This document shows, in pieces, positions 49,995 to 59,180 of a DNA stretch of 64,000 nucleotides. The DNA comes from Bacteriovoracaceae bacterium (GTDB taxonomy: Bacteria > Bdellovibrionota > Bacteriovoracia > Bacteriovoracales > Bacteriovoracaceae): NCBI GenBank assembly GCA_965243505.1, contig CBDEVA010000007.1, positions 206,188 to 270,187 on the forward strand, read 5' to 3'. Under the pieces are notes generated by a model, which was not told where the DNA came from, ran no database searches, and worked only from the letters and a program-made list of their open reading frames with translations. Each line of letters begins with the position of its first letter. The stretch's first letter is position 1. A program made the translations under genes and the position numbers.

Positions 49995-50978
49995 ATGAAA
50001 ATAAGTAAAATACAAAAGATACAAAAGTTTAAATTTATAAGTATGATTAGTAAAAGGCTTATTGAAATGGGTCGTATTGAAGCAGAAACTTTCATTCAAG
50101 TTTATACTAATTTTGAAAAAACTGAAGAAAATTATAATTACTTAGACAACTATAATTATGGAGAACAAATTATAGAGCTTGTCAGAACATTGAGTGAACA
50201 AACTATTATTGAAATGTATACCGACTTATTTCCAGAAGAATCAAAAAAAGATATCCAAGAATATCCTAATGTTGAGGAGTTAGATTTGGGAAGAAAAGAT
50301 TTAGTATTATTTTTAAGTCATTCTCATAAAGATGTAGATATGGTTATGAAAATAAAGGAGCAATTAGAAAAAACATCTTGGATTTACTGTTTTGTAGCTC
50401 ATAAAGATATTGAACCAACAAAAAAGTGGCTAGAGGAAATTAACAAATACTTGAGAGGTTGTCATGCATTCGTTCCGTTTCTTTCAGAAAACTTTAAAAA
50501 GTCTAATTGGTGTGAACAAGAAGTAGGCTTTGCTGAAAGTAGAAATATTCCTGTAATTCCAATAAAAATAAATGTTAATCCTTATGGTTTTATACAAGAG
50601 TATCAAGCTTTGTCATTAGAGAAAGGTGATTCTTATGTAGATTTAGCTGAAAAAATTGAAAGTGTTATTTTGAACAAAGATTCTATACTATCAAGTATAG
50701 CACAAGAAAAAATGAAGCAAGGTTTGGATAATTTAAAAAGAGGATTTCTCTATTCTACTAACAAAACGGTTGCAAAAACTATATTAGGACAACTTCTTTC
50801 TTTTAAAAAAGGACAAATCCCAGAAAGCTACATCGCTGAAATTAATGAAAGATGGAGGCAAAACCACAAAATCAAAGAAATAGAAAATATAAACAGCTTT
50901 ATGGAAAAATTCTCTGGAAAATATATCCTTAAAAAAGATAAAATCAATAGATTAATAGAAAACAAACCCATGCAATAA
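49995..50978 (+). CDS. TIR-domain protein
   Basis: aa ~103-195: LVLFLSHSHKDVDMVMKIKEQL...CFVAHKDIEP...AFVPFLSENFKKSNWCEQEVGFA, a TIR_2-like pattern with a conserved Glu. Helical N- and C-terminal extensions are unassigned. Confidence 0.7.
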   Translation: MKISKIQKIQKFKFISMISKRLIEMGRIEAETFIQVYTNFEKTEENYNYLDNYNYGEQIIELVRTLSEQTIIEMYTDLFPEESKKDIQEYPNVEELDLGRKDLVLFLSHSHKDVDMVMKIKEQLEKTSWIYCFVAHKDIEPTKKWLEEINKYLRGCHAFVPFLSENFKKSNWCEQEVGFAESRNIPVIPIKINVNPYGFIQEYQALSLEKGDSYVDLAEKIESVILNKDSILSSIAQEKMKQGLDNLKRGFLYSTNKTVAKTILGQLLSFKKGQIPESYIAEINERWRQNHKIKEIENINSFMEKFSGKYILKKDKINRLIENKPMQ

Positions 50979-51060
50979 AATGGTTATAATCTTACAAAAA
51001 GTAATGAATAGTATTAGATTATCCTTTAGATGTTGTTAGCCTTAGTTGTTGTATGTAATG

Positions 51061-51135
51061 GTGGAGATGACAAGATTCGAACTTGCGACCCCCTGCGTGC
51101 AAAGCAGGTGCTCTCCCAACTGAGCTACACCCCCA
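51061..51135 (-). tRNA. tRNA-Ala (anticodon UGC)
   Basis: Reverse complement GGGGGTGTAGCTCAGTGGGAGAGCACCTGCTTTGCACGCAGGGGGTCGCAAGTTCGAATCTTGTCATCTCCACCA folds as a cloverleaf. Anticodon loop TTTGCAC, G3:U70 pair, encoded CCA. Confidence 0.92.
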
Positions 51136-51308
51136 TTATTTTCCATGACGTTTTTTATCTTTAATATATATAAAAGTTTTTAAAACAAAAAGACAAACAA
51201 GTAGTACTCCTACTAACGACCATGTAGGCAATGTTAGATGATCTTCTTTATAAGTTCTTTGAACTTTTGAATCAACAAGTGATGACTTTTTTGCTTCCAT
51301 AAAAACCT

Positions 51309-51593
51309 CTATCTATAAACTGAATCTAATATTACCATAACGGCAAATATTGCAGCGGTTATGGGAATTGCAGCAATAAACTTTAACCATCTACTCTCCT
51401 CATTTAAATGCATATAAAAGTATGCTACACAAAATGCCTTAGCAACAGCCAAAAGTGTTAAGCTAGTGGCCTTTATTGCATAGGAGACATTTTTTAAACC
51501 AGGGATGGCAAGCTCAAGCACAGTTAAAACTGCCAATATTATAAATATAATTATATATAACTTGGTATGACCTTTATAAGTATTGGTACTCAT
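51309..51593 (-). CDS. cytochrome c oxidase subunit IV (bacterial small subunit)
   Basis: 94 aa, three helices, AKAFCVAYFYMHL motif. Last gene of the oxidase cluster. Confidence 0.65.
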   Translation of the reverse strand: MSTNTYKGHTKLYIIIFIILAVLTVLELAIPGLKNVSYAIKATSLTLLAVAKAFCVAYFYMHLNEESRWLKFIAAIPITAAIFAVMVILDSVYR

Positions 51594-51595
51594 AA

Positions 51596-52276
51596 TTAAA
51601 TCCTCTTAATGTCTGATTGATAATGCTTTTTATTTACAAGTAATCCTACATCAATCATTAATTTATTAACACTTTCTTTATCAAGTGAATAATACCCTCG
51701 AACATCTCCATCATAATCAACTAGAACAATTTTTTGAGAATGGGCAATATCAATAATATCATCACTATTTTTAGTTTTATCTCCCATGGCAACTCTAAAG
51801 CCATTGTTTAAAAGATTTTTTATCTCTTTAATATCTCCAGTTAAGAATGTCCAAATGTAGGGATTTGCCCCAGCATCTCTGGCATATTTGAATAAAACCT
51901 CAGGAGTATCATTTGTCGGATCAACGCTGAAGCTAACAAGAGCTATCTTATCACCTAGCCCTCGAACTCTCTTTTGAATTTTTTTCATATCAGCGGTAAT
52001 TTTAGGACACACAGAAGGACAAGATGTGAAGATAAATGATGCTAAATAAACTCGACCTTTTAAATTAGAACTACCAAAGAATTTATTATTTTCATTAACT
52101 AATTTAAATTCAGGAATTTTAAAATATTTCGCAGGAGGATTGGGCAGCTCTCTATTGATTGATCTAATTAAAGGGTAGGAAAATAATAAAATTAAAGATA
52201 TGGTCCAAAACCATGGGTTTCTAACAATCCTTTCAATAAAAAATTCTTTTCTAATATATATACTTTTGGTTGCCAT
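51596..52276 (-). CDS. SCO-family copper chaperone / thioredoxin-like protein
   Basis: FIFTSCPSVCP (CxxxCP) motif. N-terminal anchor. Confidence 0.8.
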   Translation of the reverse strand: MATKSIYIRKEFFIERIVRNPWFWTISLILLFSYPLIRSINRELPNPPAKYFKIPEFKLVNENNKFFGSSNLKGRVYLASFIFTSCPSVCPKITADMKKIQKRVRGLGDKIALVSFSVDPTNDTPEVLFKYARDAGANPYIWTFLTGDIKEIKNLLNNGFRVAMGDKTKNSDDIIDIAHSQKIVLVDYDGDVRGYYSLDKESVNKLMIDVGLLVNKKHYQSDIKRI

Positions 52277-52279
52277 AAT

Positions 52280-53179
52280 TTATTGATTCTTTAATTTTGC
52301 CATTAACTCCTTTCTTTTAGGAGTATCCTTTAAATCCATTAAATATTTTATATAATATGCTACTTCCCAAATTTGATGATCTTCAATAGTTCCCTTCCAT
52401 GCCGGCATAGTAGTTCCTCCAATTCCAGCAGCAATTCGCAAGTATAACTCTTCGACGGTGCTAGCAGACCTGACTCTATCCCAAGTAAAATCTGGAGGAA
52501 TTGTTAAATACTCATGTTCAGATTCAGCCGGTTTGGTCTTATATAAATTGTCCTCAAATTCAACTATTGTCTCTCCATTTATCTTTTTATTAATACTCGA
52601 TAGCTCTTTTTTTGTTACATAGGCAGGATGACAACTTTGGCAATTGGCTACGGCATGGTAAACCTCTTTTCCTTTTTTTATTGCTACACCTTTATAGACC
52701 ATTCCATAAGGATCTTTTGCGGAAACAATTTTTTCTCCAAGCTTTTTATCCTTTCCAATCCACACATCAGGGGCAAAGGTCTTAATATATTGCCAAACTG
52801 CATGCATTTGTTTTTTACTCATATCCCAAGGAAGCATAGCAGTTCCCTTAAGACCATGTTTTAGAGTTTTATAGACGGATTCATCATGGGGAAGATCTCC
52901 CGATGCCACATCTCCAAACTTTATAAGACCACTTTTAAAATTTCTCGGAGGGACTCTCATGCCTTTAGAGGAAACTCCTTTTCCATCACCGTTGACTCCA
53001 TGACAGGGCATACAATACTCCAAGTAAATTCTCTTTCCCTTATTTAAAGTTTCAGCTTGAATATACTTATTACCAGCTACAAACACACCCTCTTTGAATT
53101 CATCTTTAATACAAGAAGAAGAGATAAGAACAATTAATAAAGTCAATAATTTTAAAAAATTCATAAAACTATAAAACAA
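52280..53179 (-). CDS. dihaem c-type cytochrome
   Basis: Signal peptide plus two CxxCH motifs (CMPCH, CQSCH). Confidence 0.7.
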   Translation of the reverse strand: MFYSFMNFLKLLTLLIVLISSSCIKDEFKEGVFVAGNKYIQAETLNKGKRIYLEYCMPCHGVNGDGKGVSSKGMRVPPRNFKSGLIKFGDVASGDLPHDESVYKTLKHGLKGTAMLPWDMSKKQMHAVWQYIKTFAPDVWIGKDKKLGEKIVSAKDPYGMVYKGVAIKKGKEVYHAVANCQSCHPAYVTKKELSSINKKINGETIVEFEDNLYKTKPAESEHEYLTIPPDFTWDRVRSASTVEELYLRIAAGIGGTTMPAWKGTIEDHQIWEVAYYIKYLMDLKDTPKRKELMAKLKNQ

Positions 53180-53756
53180 AAACCGTAAAATAAATTAATA
53201 ACCATATAATACAAAGAAAATGCCAAAATTTAGCCACATTCTTAAAAAATAATGTATATTTTTTGACATTAACATTTAACTTAAAAAGTGGGAGCACCCA
53301 TAACAAAAGTAAAAGCCCAAAAGCAATATGGATGGCATGAACCCATGTAAAAGTATAAACAATAGAAGTAAAAATATTAGTTCCTGCCATAAGTCCTAAA
53401 GATTTAAGATACATCCAGTATTTAAACTGAATAATTGCAAATAAAATTCCTGAAAAAAAACATAAAAAAAGAAGTGTTCTTCTTTTTAAAATACTTGCCG
53501 ATAAAAGGACATTGTTTAATATGGTATAGACAATACTTCCTAAAACCAAAACAATTGTAGCAATTGTTGGCAAAAAGATAGAAATATTTAATAGATTAAC
53601 TGCCGATTGCCAAGAAGAAGATGTAAATCTAAAAACAGCATATACAAAAAATAGTGTTAAAAAGAGCATTGCAAAGGAAATTATTGCAATATAAATAGCG
53701 ACATCTGAGGATTTTCTTTTATCACTTGTAATTAAAGTACTAGATAAACTACTCAT
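53169..53756 (-). CDS. ctaE: cytochrome c oxidase subunit III
   Basis: Five hydrophobic helices, FWHFLCIIWLLIY motif. Confidence 0.7.
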   Translation of the reverse strand: MSSLSSTLITSDKRKSSDVAIYIAIISFAMLFLTLFFVYAVFRFTSSSWQSAVNLLNISIFLPTIATIVLVLGSIVYTILNNVLLSASILKRRTLLFLCFFSGILFAIIQFKYWMYLKSLGLMAGTNIFTSIVYTFTWVHAIHIAFGLLLLLWVLPLFKLNVNVKKYTLFFKNVAKFWHFLCIIWLLIYFTVFVL

Positions 53757-55486
53757 TATTTTACAAGCTCCTCTGTTTGATATTGAAAGTCTTTACTTCC
53801 GGTGAGCTTTGGATTGCCTAATTCATGGGGGCCACATCTAACTGTAGGAATTTCTTTAAAGTTATAATGAGGTGCAGGTGATGGAATTGTCCATTCAAGA
53901 GTTCCCACTTGCCAAGGATTATCACTGGCATCTTCTTTTTTGAAAAATAGAGCATAGATAAAGTTAACTAAAAATATAAATTGAGCTAATCCTAAAATTA
54001 AAGCAAAAATGGTAATAGCTGTATTTATAGGAATTAATCTTTTTAGAAAATCATAGACAAATGGATTATAAATTCTTCTATGCATACCTGCGTATCCAGC
54101 CACCATCATCAACATAAATACTCCATTTAGTCCTACCATAGTTAGCCAAAAGTGAACCTTGGCCCAAAATTCATTTAACATCTTTCCAAACATCTTAGGC
54201 ATCCAATAATGAATACCGGCAAAGCCTCCTAAAAATACCGAAGCTGCCATGGTGTAGTGAAAATGTCCCACAACAAAGTATGTATCATGAAGATAAATGT
54301 CAGTTGTAACCGTGGCAAGATAAAGACCTGTCAGACCTCCTAAACCAAACACAAAGACAACTCCCATAGAATAAAGCATCGGTGAGGTAAATCTAATAGA
54401 TCCTCTCCAAAGAGTTCCTAACCAATTGGCAAAAAATATTGAAGATGGAATAGATATAGTCATAGTTAATGTCATAAATGTCTGAGTCAAAAGAGGACTC
54501 ATTTGAGTAGTAAACATATGATGTCCATAGACAAGCATTGATAAAACTGTAATAGAAGTCATAGCAAGTGCTGTAGCTTTAGCAGCAAATGCTGGCTTTC
54601 TTGAAAAGAAAGAAAGCATATCAGATACAATACCCCATGCCGGAAGAATTAAAATGTAGACCTCTGGGTGTCCAAAAATCCAAAAGGCATGTTGAAACAA
54701 CATGGGATCTCCACTACCACTTGTTGCTGCAGCTCCTGCTAAAAAGAATGTTGTTCCAAACACTCTGTCAAAAATTAATAAAAGAAGTCCCGCTCCTAAT
54801 ACTGGTAGAAAAATGGCATTTAAAATTGAAGTTAAAAGTAATCCCCAAATAGAAAGAGGCATATCAAAGTACCCCATCCCTGGGGCACGCAAAGTTATAA
54901 TAGTTGTAATATAATTAATTGCTCCCATAGTAGAGCTTATCCCCAATAAAAATAGAGATAATGTCCAAAGAGTTTGTCCAGCTCCAGGACTACCCATAAG
55001 TAGACTCAAAGTAGGATAAGCAGTCCACCCAGATGGAGCAGCTCCAAGTGGAACAAATAAAGAGGCAAGCATTACTATCCCTGCTACCATGGCAACCCAA
55101 ACAGAGAGCATATTTAATGTTGGAAATGCCATATCCCTTGCCCCAAGTAAAAGAGGAATACAAAAGTTTCCAAAGGCACCAATTAATATGGGAGTAATGG
55201 CAAAAAATATCATAATAGTTCCATGCATGGTAAATAGCATGGCGTAGGTATCTGGAGGAATAACTCCATCGGTATCTGGAAATAAGCACTTTCCTATTAT
55301 GGGAAAAGCTTCAGTGGGATAGGCCAGACTCCAACGAATCATCATCGCCATAAGTCCACCTACGGCAAGAAAAAATAATCCATAAAATAAGAATTGCTTA
55401 GCTATAACTTTATGATCAAAAGAAAAAACATACTTTGATAAAAAAGTTTTTGGTTCGGGATGAATGTGTTGCTCAAAAAATGCCAT
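53756..55486 (-). CDS. ctaD: cytochrome c oxidase subunit I
   Basis: GHPEVYILILP, HHMFT, 12-helix haem-copper oxidase pattern, 576 aa. Confidence 0.95.
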   Translation of the reverse strand: MAFFEQHIHPEPKTFLSKYVFSFDHKVIAKQFLFYGLFFLAVGGLMAMMIRWSLAYPTEAFPIIGKCLFPDTDGVIPPDTYAMLFTMHGTIMIFFAITPILIGAFGNFCIPLLLGARDMAFPTLNMLSVWVAMVAGIVMLASLFVPLGAAPSGWTAYPTLSLLMGSPGAGQTLWTLSLFLLGISSTMGAINYITTIITLRAPGMGYFDMPLSIWGLLLTSILNAIFLPVLGAGLLLLIFDRVFGTTFFLAGAAATSGSGDPMLFQHAFWIFGHPEVYILILPAWGIVSDMLSFFSRKPAFAAKATALAMTSITVLSMLVYGHHMFTTQMSPLLTQTFMTLTMTISIPSSIFFANWLGTLWRGSIRFTSPMLYSMGVVFVFGLGGLTGLYLATVTTDIYLHDTYFVVGHFHYTMAASVFLGGFAGIHYWMPKMFGKMLNEFWAKVHFWLTMVGLNGVFMLMMVAGYAGMHRRIYNPFVYDFLKRLIPINTAITIFALILGLAQFIFLVNFIYALFFKKEDASDNPWQVGTLEWTIPSPAPHYNFKEIPTVRCGPHELGNPKLTGSKDFQYQTEELVK

Positions 55487-55500
55487 AACTTATATCCTAT

Positions 55501-56301
55501 TTATTCTGCAGAATCTGCTACCTTCCATTTCCAACCCCAGTAAAGGTCTAAATTACTAGGATCTTTTCTATTTTCTGCTTTCTCTTGTGCTTCCTGTAAC
55601 CACTCATTGTAATCGCTCTCAGTATATACCGTTAACTTTGCTTGCATACGATAGTGAAAAGTTCCACACATTTCAGCACAAGCAATATCATAAACTCCCG
55701 TTCTATTTAATTTATACCAAAGCCTAGTTATTCTTCCAGGAATAGCATCAACTTTAGTTCTAGTATTTGGAAAATAAAGGGAGTGAATTACATCTTTGGA
55801 AATTATCTGAAAGACAACTTTTTTATTAATAGGTAATCTCAAATCATTTAATGTAACAACATCATCATCAGTATTAAAAGTACCATCAGCTCCAGCGTAG
55901 CGAAAATGCCACGCCCATTGCTGGGCCATAACTTCTACTGCCACAATATCTTCGCTTTCATCAGGCCAATTTATAAATTCATTTAAATAATCATTATTGG
56001 ACATTCTAACTATATTAAGATCTATAGATAAAAAAACAGCAACACCGATAATAGTAACAACTATAATATGAGGTTTTTTATTTCCATAGGTATAATAAGG
56101 TTTAGGATGACGTTTACTGCTATATAAAAATGCAAAACCAAATAATCCTAAACATAAAAGTATAAAGAAAAATATATTTAAAAATGTAGTATAGTTAAAT
56201 AACCAATCTATTAAACCACCATTTTCAGATATAATCACTTCTGGAGAGATCATCTCTGAGAAGCTATATTTTTTATTAGTTAAAGCTGCAGATAAAACCA
56301 T
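55501..56301 (-). CDS. ctaC: cytochrome c oxidase subunit II (CuA)
   Basis: CuA ligands HSLYFP...CAEMCGTFHYRM. Two N-terminal helices. No fused cytochrome c domain. Confidence 0.9.
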   Translation of the reverse strand: MVLSAALTNKKYSFSEMISPEVIISENGGLIDWLFNYTTFLNIFFFILLCLGLFGFAFLYSSKRHPKPYYTYGNKKPHIIVVTIIGVAVFLSIDLNIVRMSNNDYLNEFINWPDESEDIVAVEVMAQQWAWHFRYAGADGTFNTDDDVVTLNDLRLPINKKVVFQIISKDVIHSLYFPNTRTKVDAIPGRITRLWYKLNRTGVYDIACAEMCGTFHYRMQAKLTVYTESDYNEWLQEAQEKAENRKDPSNLDLYWGWKWKVADSAE

Positions 56302-56340
56302 TACTTAAATATACTACATCAATTACTTGATTTTATTAAC

Positions 56341-58122
56341 TTATAACTTAAAAACAATCATAAAGCATAGTAAAATTGGCAAATAAAGGATAGTTCCATA
56401 AAAGCATTTTCTGGCCCACTCCCTAACCTGCTCTAATTTAATAAAGAATCCCATAATAAATATTGAGATAAATACTACTCCCAGTATAGCAACGCACAGA
56501 ATATATAGATGATTAAAATGCGTAAGTAATAGTGGGGTAATACTTAAAATAACTAAAAATAGCGAAGATAAAAGCATTAATACCTTTGTATACATAAATC
56601 CTTTACTTGAGGGATAAATTTTAACTCCCGCATTAATATAATCTCTTGAATGGTATAGAGAGATTGATAAAAAATGAGGAATTTGCCAAATAAACAACAA
56701 AAAAAATAATATCCATGACATAGCGTCAATAGAACTAGTAACTGATGTCCATCCCATAACTGGAGGAATTGCTCCAGAGACTGCTCCAATATATAAAGAT
56801 AGTTCACTCTTAATTTTCATAGGAGTATATGCAATTAAATAAATTATCGCCGAGACCAATCCCAAAACACCTGTTTTGATATTGACTAAAAAAAAGCAAA
56901 GAGGAATTGAAACTGAAAATAAAAATATACCAAACATCAAAGCAACTTCTTTTGATAATTTGCCAGATGGCAATACTCTTGACTTAGTTCTATTCATCAT
57001 TGCATCAACTTTTATCTCCATAAAACAATTCAAAGCACAAGCTCCCATAACGATCATTAAAACCAAGACAAACGAAATAGCTAATTTAGATAAATCAATG
57101 CTAGCTGGTGCCATAAGAGCTCCAGCAATAAAAGTGATCATAACCAAAATTGAAAGCCTAGGTTTTGTCAGTTCAATTATATTTAATAATAAACTGCTAT
57201 TTTTATTATTTGATTTAAAATAAGAGAATAAATTAAGCTCTAAAGACACTTTAAACAAAGAAGCAAATAAAATAGCTGCTACTGCTAAATGTAAAGTTGT
57301 AGGTATAATTGATAGTCCTGTGGCGACTGTATACATACCTAAAATCACTTGAAAGATAACTGATATAATTGATACCAAAAAATAAAAGATAATTTTTTTA
57401 GAATATTTATTCTTTACAGCTACATAAATCCCATAAATAGAAAAGAAAATAATAAATAAAGTCACAACCACTGCAAAAAATCTATGAAGCATGTGTAGTT
57501 GTCCCATAGAGGATAAAGATTGCCAAAAAGAGCTTTCCCAACTATTTACATCAAAACACTTAATAACATTTTTCCATCCTGTTCCACAGGAGAGACCAGC
57601 ACCTGAATGCCTAATAAATGCACCTAAAATCATTTGTAGATACAAAAGGATTAAACTAGAAAAAATTCCTGGTAATAAAATACTATTTTTAACTTTAATA
57701 ATTTTATTATTTGAAATTTTATGATGAAAATAAATAAGTAATCCAAAAAAAATAGTAGCAAATGATAAGTGAGCTGTAGATATTTCTGTAGGTAATTTAT
57801 ATATAACTGTAATTCCACCCAAGATTCCCTGAAAAATAACTAAAAATAACAAAGTCATTGAAATCCATCTAAATGGTTTGTATTTAGAGTTTCTAAAAAC
57901 AATAAAATTCAAACAAATGGTTAAAATTCCTACAAAAGATGCCAGCAGGCGATGACTATGTTCAATTAACACGCCTCCCACCATCTCTGGAAATAATTGT
58001 CCATGGCATAATGGCCAATCAGGACAAGCAAGGCTAGAGCCTGTATTATGAACAATTCCCCCTAAAACTAACAACAAGAAAGTAAATATTATGGTAATAA
58101 TTGATAAATTTTTTAGGCCCAT
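56341..58122 (-). CDS. fused haem A synthase (CtaA/COX15) - protohaem IX farnesyltransferase (CtaB/COX10)
   Basis: The N-terminal half has SSLACPDWPLCHG and EHSHRLLA. The C-terminal half has ELTKPRLSILVM and polyprenyltransferase-like helices. Single 593-aa ORF. Confidence 0.8.
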   Translation of the reverse strand: MGLKNLSIITIIFTFLLLVLGGIVHNTGSSLACPDWPLCHGQLFPEMVGGVLIEHSHRLLASFVGILTICLNFIVFRNSKYKPFRWISMTLLFLVIFQGILGGITVIYKLPTEISTAHLSFATIFFGLLIYFHHKISNNKIIKVKNSILLPGIFSSLILLYLQMILGAFIRHSGAGLSCGTGWKNVIKCFDVNSWESSFWQSLSSMGQLHMLHRFFAVVVTLFIIFFSIYGIYVAVKNKYSKKIIFYFLVSIISVIFQVILGMYTVATGLSIIPTTLHLAVAAILFASLFKVSLELNLFSYFKSNNKNSSLLLNIIELTKPRLSILVMITFIAGALMAPASIDLSKLAISFVLVLMIVMGACALNCFMEIKVDAMMNRTKSRVLPSGKLSKEVALMFGIFLFSVSIPLCFFLVNIKTGVLGLVSAIIYLIAYTPMKIKSELSLYIGAVSGAIPPVMGWTSVTSSIDAMSWILFFLLFIWQIPHFLSISLYHSRDYINAGVKIYPSSKGFMYTKVLMLLSSLFLVILSITPLLLTHFNHLYILCVAILGVVFISIFIMGFFIKLEQVREWARKCFYGTILYLPILLCFMIVFKL

Positions 58123-58184
58123 CTTATTGTCTAACTACTAAGTATGATTTATACACAGTCTTAACAAATACGGCAACAAAAAGC

Positions 58185-59180
58185 ATGAAAGACAACAATA
58201 TTAACTATAAAGATTACCTAGGGCTAGAAAAAGTACTAAACGCTCAAAATACTATAAGTAGTTCTCATGATGAAACTTTATTTATTATTGTTCACCAAGT
58301 ATTTGAACTATGGTTTAAACAAATCATTCACGAAATAGATTCCATTATTAAATATTTTAAAATGGATTCAATTCCCGATAAAGAATTTCTAAAAATAAAC
58401 TCTAGGATAAATAGAGTAGAAAAAATTCTTTCAACATTCACATCATATATAGATATTCTTGAAACTATGTCCTCACTAGATTTTTTAGAATTTAGAGATA
58501 TGTTAGGCTCTGCTTCAGGATTTCAAAGTATACAATTTAGAGAACTAGAAATAAAGCTCGGACTTACTTCAAAAGACAGGCCTGATATTGAAAATAAGTT
58601 TTTCAACAAAATGCTACAAAAACAGCAAATAGAACATTTAAATAATCTAGAGAAACAAGAATCTTTAATAAAACTAATAGAAAAGTGGCTAAATAGAATG
58701 CCATTTACCAAAGATAATAATTTTAATTTTCTAGAAGAATATAAAAAATCTATAGATATGTTTGCACAAGAAAACAACCTACCAGAAGACAACAAAAATA
58801 TTCTCTATAAAGTGTTTGATGAAAAATATCATAAAGATAATGGTAAGCTGTCAAAATCTGCTAAATTAAATGCATTGTTTATATTTCTATATAGAAATGA
58901 ACCTATATTATCCTCTCCATATCAGTTTTTAATATCTCTAATGAACTTTGAAGAGGTGTTTTCCATTTGGAGACACCGCCATGCCATGATGGCACATAGA
59001 ATGCTAGGAACGAAAATAGGAACTGGTGGTTCTTCTGGTTATCACTATTTAAATAAAGTTGCTAATGAAAGAAAATTTTTTCAAGACTTATTTGAAATAA
59101 CTACATTTATTATCCCTGAAAAATTCATTCCAACACTTCCTGATAATATTAAAAATAAATTAAATTTTTTCTTTAAATAG
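58185..59180 (+). CDS. kynA: tryptophan 2,3-dioxygenase
   Basis: YKDYLGLEKVLNAQ...HDETLFIIVHQVFELWFKQ, and WRHRHAMMAHRMLG. The ATG at 58185 is preferred, since the track start overlaps ctaAB. Confidence 0.85.
   Translation: MKDNNINYKDYLGLEKVLNAQNTISSSHDETLFIIVHQVFELWFKQIIHEIDSIIKYFKMDSIPDKEFLKINSRINRVEKILSTFTSYIDILETMSSLDFLEFRDMLGSASGFQSIQFRELEIKLGLTSKDRPDIENKFFNKMLQKQQIEHLNNLEKQESLIKLIEKWLNRMPFTKDNNFNFLEEYKKSIDMFAQENNLPEDNKNILYKVFDEKYHKDNGKLSKSAKLNALFIFLYRNEPILSSPYQFLISLMNFEEVFSIWRHRHAMMAHRMLGTKIGTGGSSGYHYLNKVANERKFFQDLFEITTFIIPEKFIPTLPDNIKNKLNFFFK

Larger units (their letters stand above)
37713..51060. other. tRNA-Ala-adjacent genomic (defence) island
   Basis: A contiguous run of TA, nuclease, ATPase, two R-M pairs, a retron and a TIR gene between core ftsK and the 3' end of tRNA-Ala. 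No integrase seen. Confidence 0.6.

Noticed and set aside
49995-50978. Calling the TIR gene a Thoeris system.
   Set aside because: No ThsA-like (SIR2, Macro or SLOG) gene lies anywhere in the island. TIR alone is insufficient to name the system.
51019-51300. 93-aa minus-strand ORF, absent from the track. It starts MEAKKSSLVDSKVQRTYKEDHLTLPTWSLVGVLLVCLFVL, with one transmembrane helix, just downstream of the oxidase cluster.
   Set aside because: As written, it reads straight through the tRNA-Ala gene on the same strand, which is implausible. A 1-nt frame change would end it at a TAA at 51137-51139, right next to the tRNA. A small oxidase-associated membrane peptide is therefore conceivable, but I cannot support it from this sequence.
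54589-55289. Three ORFs (54589-54852 +, 54702-54914 +, 54990-55289 -) within the cytochrome oxidase subunit I gene.
   Set aside because: ctaD is unambiguous over this whole interval. The alternatives are frame or strand shadows.
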